A DNA stretch of 64,000 nucleotides from Octopus bimaculoides (Eukaryota), in assembly GCF_001194135.2 (NCBI RefSeq), contig NC_069000.1, positions 28,526,055 to 28,590,054 on the forward strand. The letters are read 5' to 3'. This document shows positions 62,647 to 64,000 of this stretch, piece after piece (positions within the stretch are counted from its first letter, which is position 1; each line of letters begins with the position of its first letter). The position numbers and the translations under genes are program-made. The notes beneath the pieces were generated by a model. The model did not search any database, had not been told where the DNA came from, and saw only the letters and a program-made list of their open reading frames with translations.

Positions 62647-62696
62647 GGCAGGGTGGCCGAGTGGTCAAAGGCACTGGTTTTAGACACCAGTCTCTT
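62647..62696 (+). pseudogene. 3'-truncated tRNA-Leu(TAG) copy
   Basis: GGCAGGGTGGCCGAGTGGTCAAAGGCACTGGTTTTAGACACCAGTCTCTT: D arm, 5-bp anticodon stem CTGGT/ACCAG, loop TTTAGAC; stops in the variable arm, no T arm. Confidence 0.75.
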
Positions 62697-62979
62697 TAGC
62701 CAGGATGACTGTAATAAATAGGAGCCTTGGTGGACTTCTAACTACACGCTAAATTTGTTGCCAACAATCAGCTTACTGACTACCCTGGAACATGGTTTGG
62801 ACAGCTCTCACCAGCCATTCACCTACCCCTAGCTTCTGCAACAAGCACCAAATGAGAGACCAAGGGACCCTGTCAAATGCTTTTTCCATTTCAGTATATG
62901 TCAAGTACAGCAATCTATTTGCAGCTAAATGCTTTCCCTGGAAAAACCAAACTGCATCTCATTTGGGCTAATTTTCTGC

Positions 62980-63130
62980 CTAATTACTTGAGCTATAACC
63001 TTTTTTTAAAACTTTTATGATCTGGCATAGCAATTCAACACCTTTGTAATTACTTCTCTCTAAAGCATCACCTTTACCCTTGTAACAGTTGACTATAATG
63101 CTGATATCCCAATCACAGGATATATTGGAT
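62980..63130 (-). mobile_element. Short RTE-clade RT fragment
   Basis: IIVNCYKGKGDALERSNYKGVELL. Confidence 0.75.
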
Positions 63131-64000
63131 ATACATGCAAGTGCATGTGTGTCTATGTATGTATGCATGTATGTATGTATGTGTGTGCATGTATGTATGT
63201 ATATATAAATATACGATTATGCACAACACAGCATTTAAATCAGGAGAGCAGAAACAAATTTAAGCCTAATAAAGCCTTATTATAGGTTAAATAAGAAGGG
63301 AGTATTTCAGTGAACTTGTTCATGGTTTGTTGACCATTAACAGCATAGAAAAAAACGTGTTTACATTATTTTCACACCTGTAGCGATGCTTTGAAATGTG
63401 CATAAAGCTTCTATCGTTTACTTGTTTCAGTTACTGGACTGCAGCTATGCTGGGGCAACACCATAAGGGGCTAAGTCAAATAAACAGACTCCAGTACTTA
63501 TTTATTTTAATTCTGGTACATATTCTATCTATCTCTTTTGCTGAACTACTAAGCTACAAACCAACAATGTAGCTTCGACAGAATTGGGTGGGTGAGTGAA
63601 CAAACATAAACACACACATATAAACATGTGTGTTTCTGCTTGTTCACTCCCGTTGCTTCACACACACAAAAACAAATGCTAAAAAATTAAGCATTCTCAT
63701 CCCATTTATTTCAAAATTTAATTTGGTGCTTTCAAATATCTGACATCATAAATGCAAAGGAAATCATGCTACAAAGGATCAAAAGAATTGCCATTTTTGG
63801 TTTCTTATTTACATCCTTTTCAACACATGACTTGTGAGACACAGAGGGAGAAGGGAGGACTTATTTTCTGTCTTTGTTCCTCTCTTCTGCATCCAACCAC
63901 TTACCTACCAACATCCTGATGTTTCCAATTCTAAAACTGTGATGTTATATAAAAAAAAAAACTGACTTTAATAGATAAATTAATTCCCTTTCCCATTTAT

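Overview
AT-rich, gap-containing animal genomic DNA. The repeat complement points to a coleoid cephalopod, most likely Octopus (inference from recalled repeat families, not a database search). The window is almost entirely decayed transposons and microsatellites. It holds a probably full-length Tx1/L1-clade LINE (about 1.9-7.1 kb, minus), relics of RTE, BovB, R4/Dong, HERO-like, CR1-like and Penelope-like (PLE) retroelements, mariner/Tc1, piggyBac, hAT and Tigger elements, Helitrons, three tRNA-headed SINE families and two tRNA pseudogenes. One convincing host coding exon was found: 34661-34816 (minus, phase 1-1), encoding the N-terminal half of an Ig domain of a cell-surface IgSF protein (CDON/BOC/iHog- or contactin-like). 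Most of the window is therefore probably intronic. The most notable unannotated signal is a set of unrelated type-I hammerhead ribozyme motifs (1818-1860, 53276-53356, 53651-53710, 56097-56136, degenerate 15192-15243). Most have the palindromic stem III typical of dimer-acting PLE/retrozyme hammerheads. The best-formed one lies about 25 nt beyond the 3' end of the Tx1 element, next to a 21-bp candidate target-site duplication. Boundaries of decayed repeats are approximate, and no prokaryotic features or CRISPR arrays are present.
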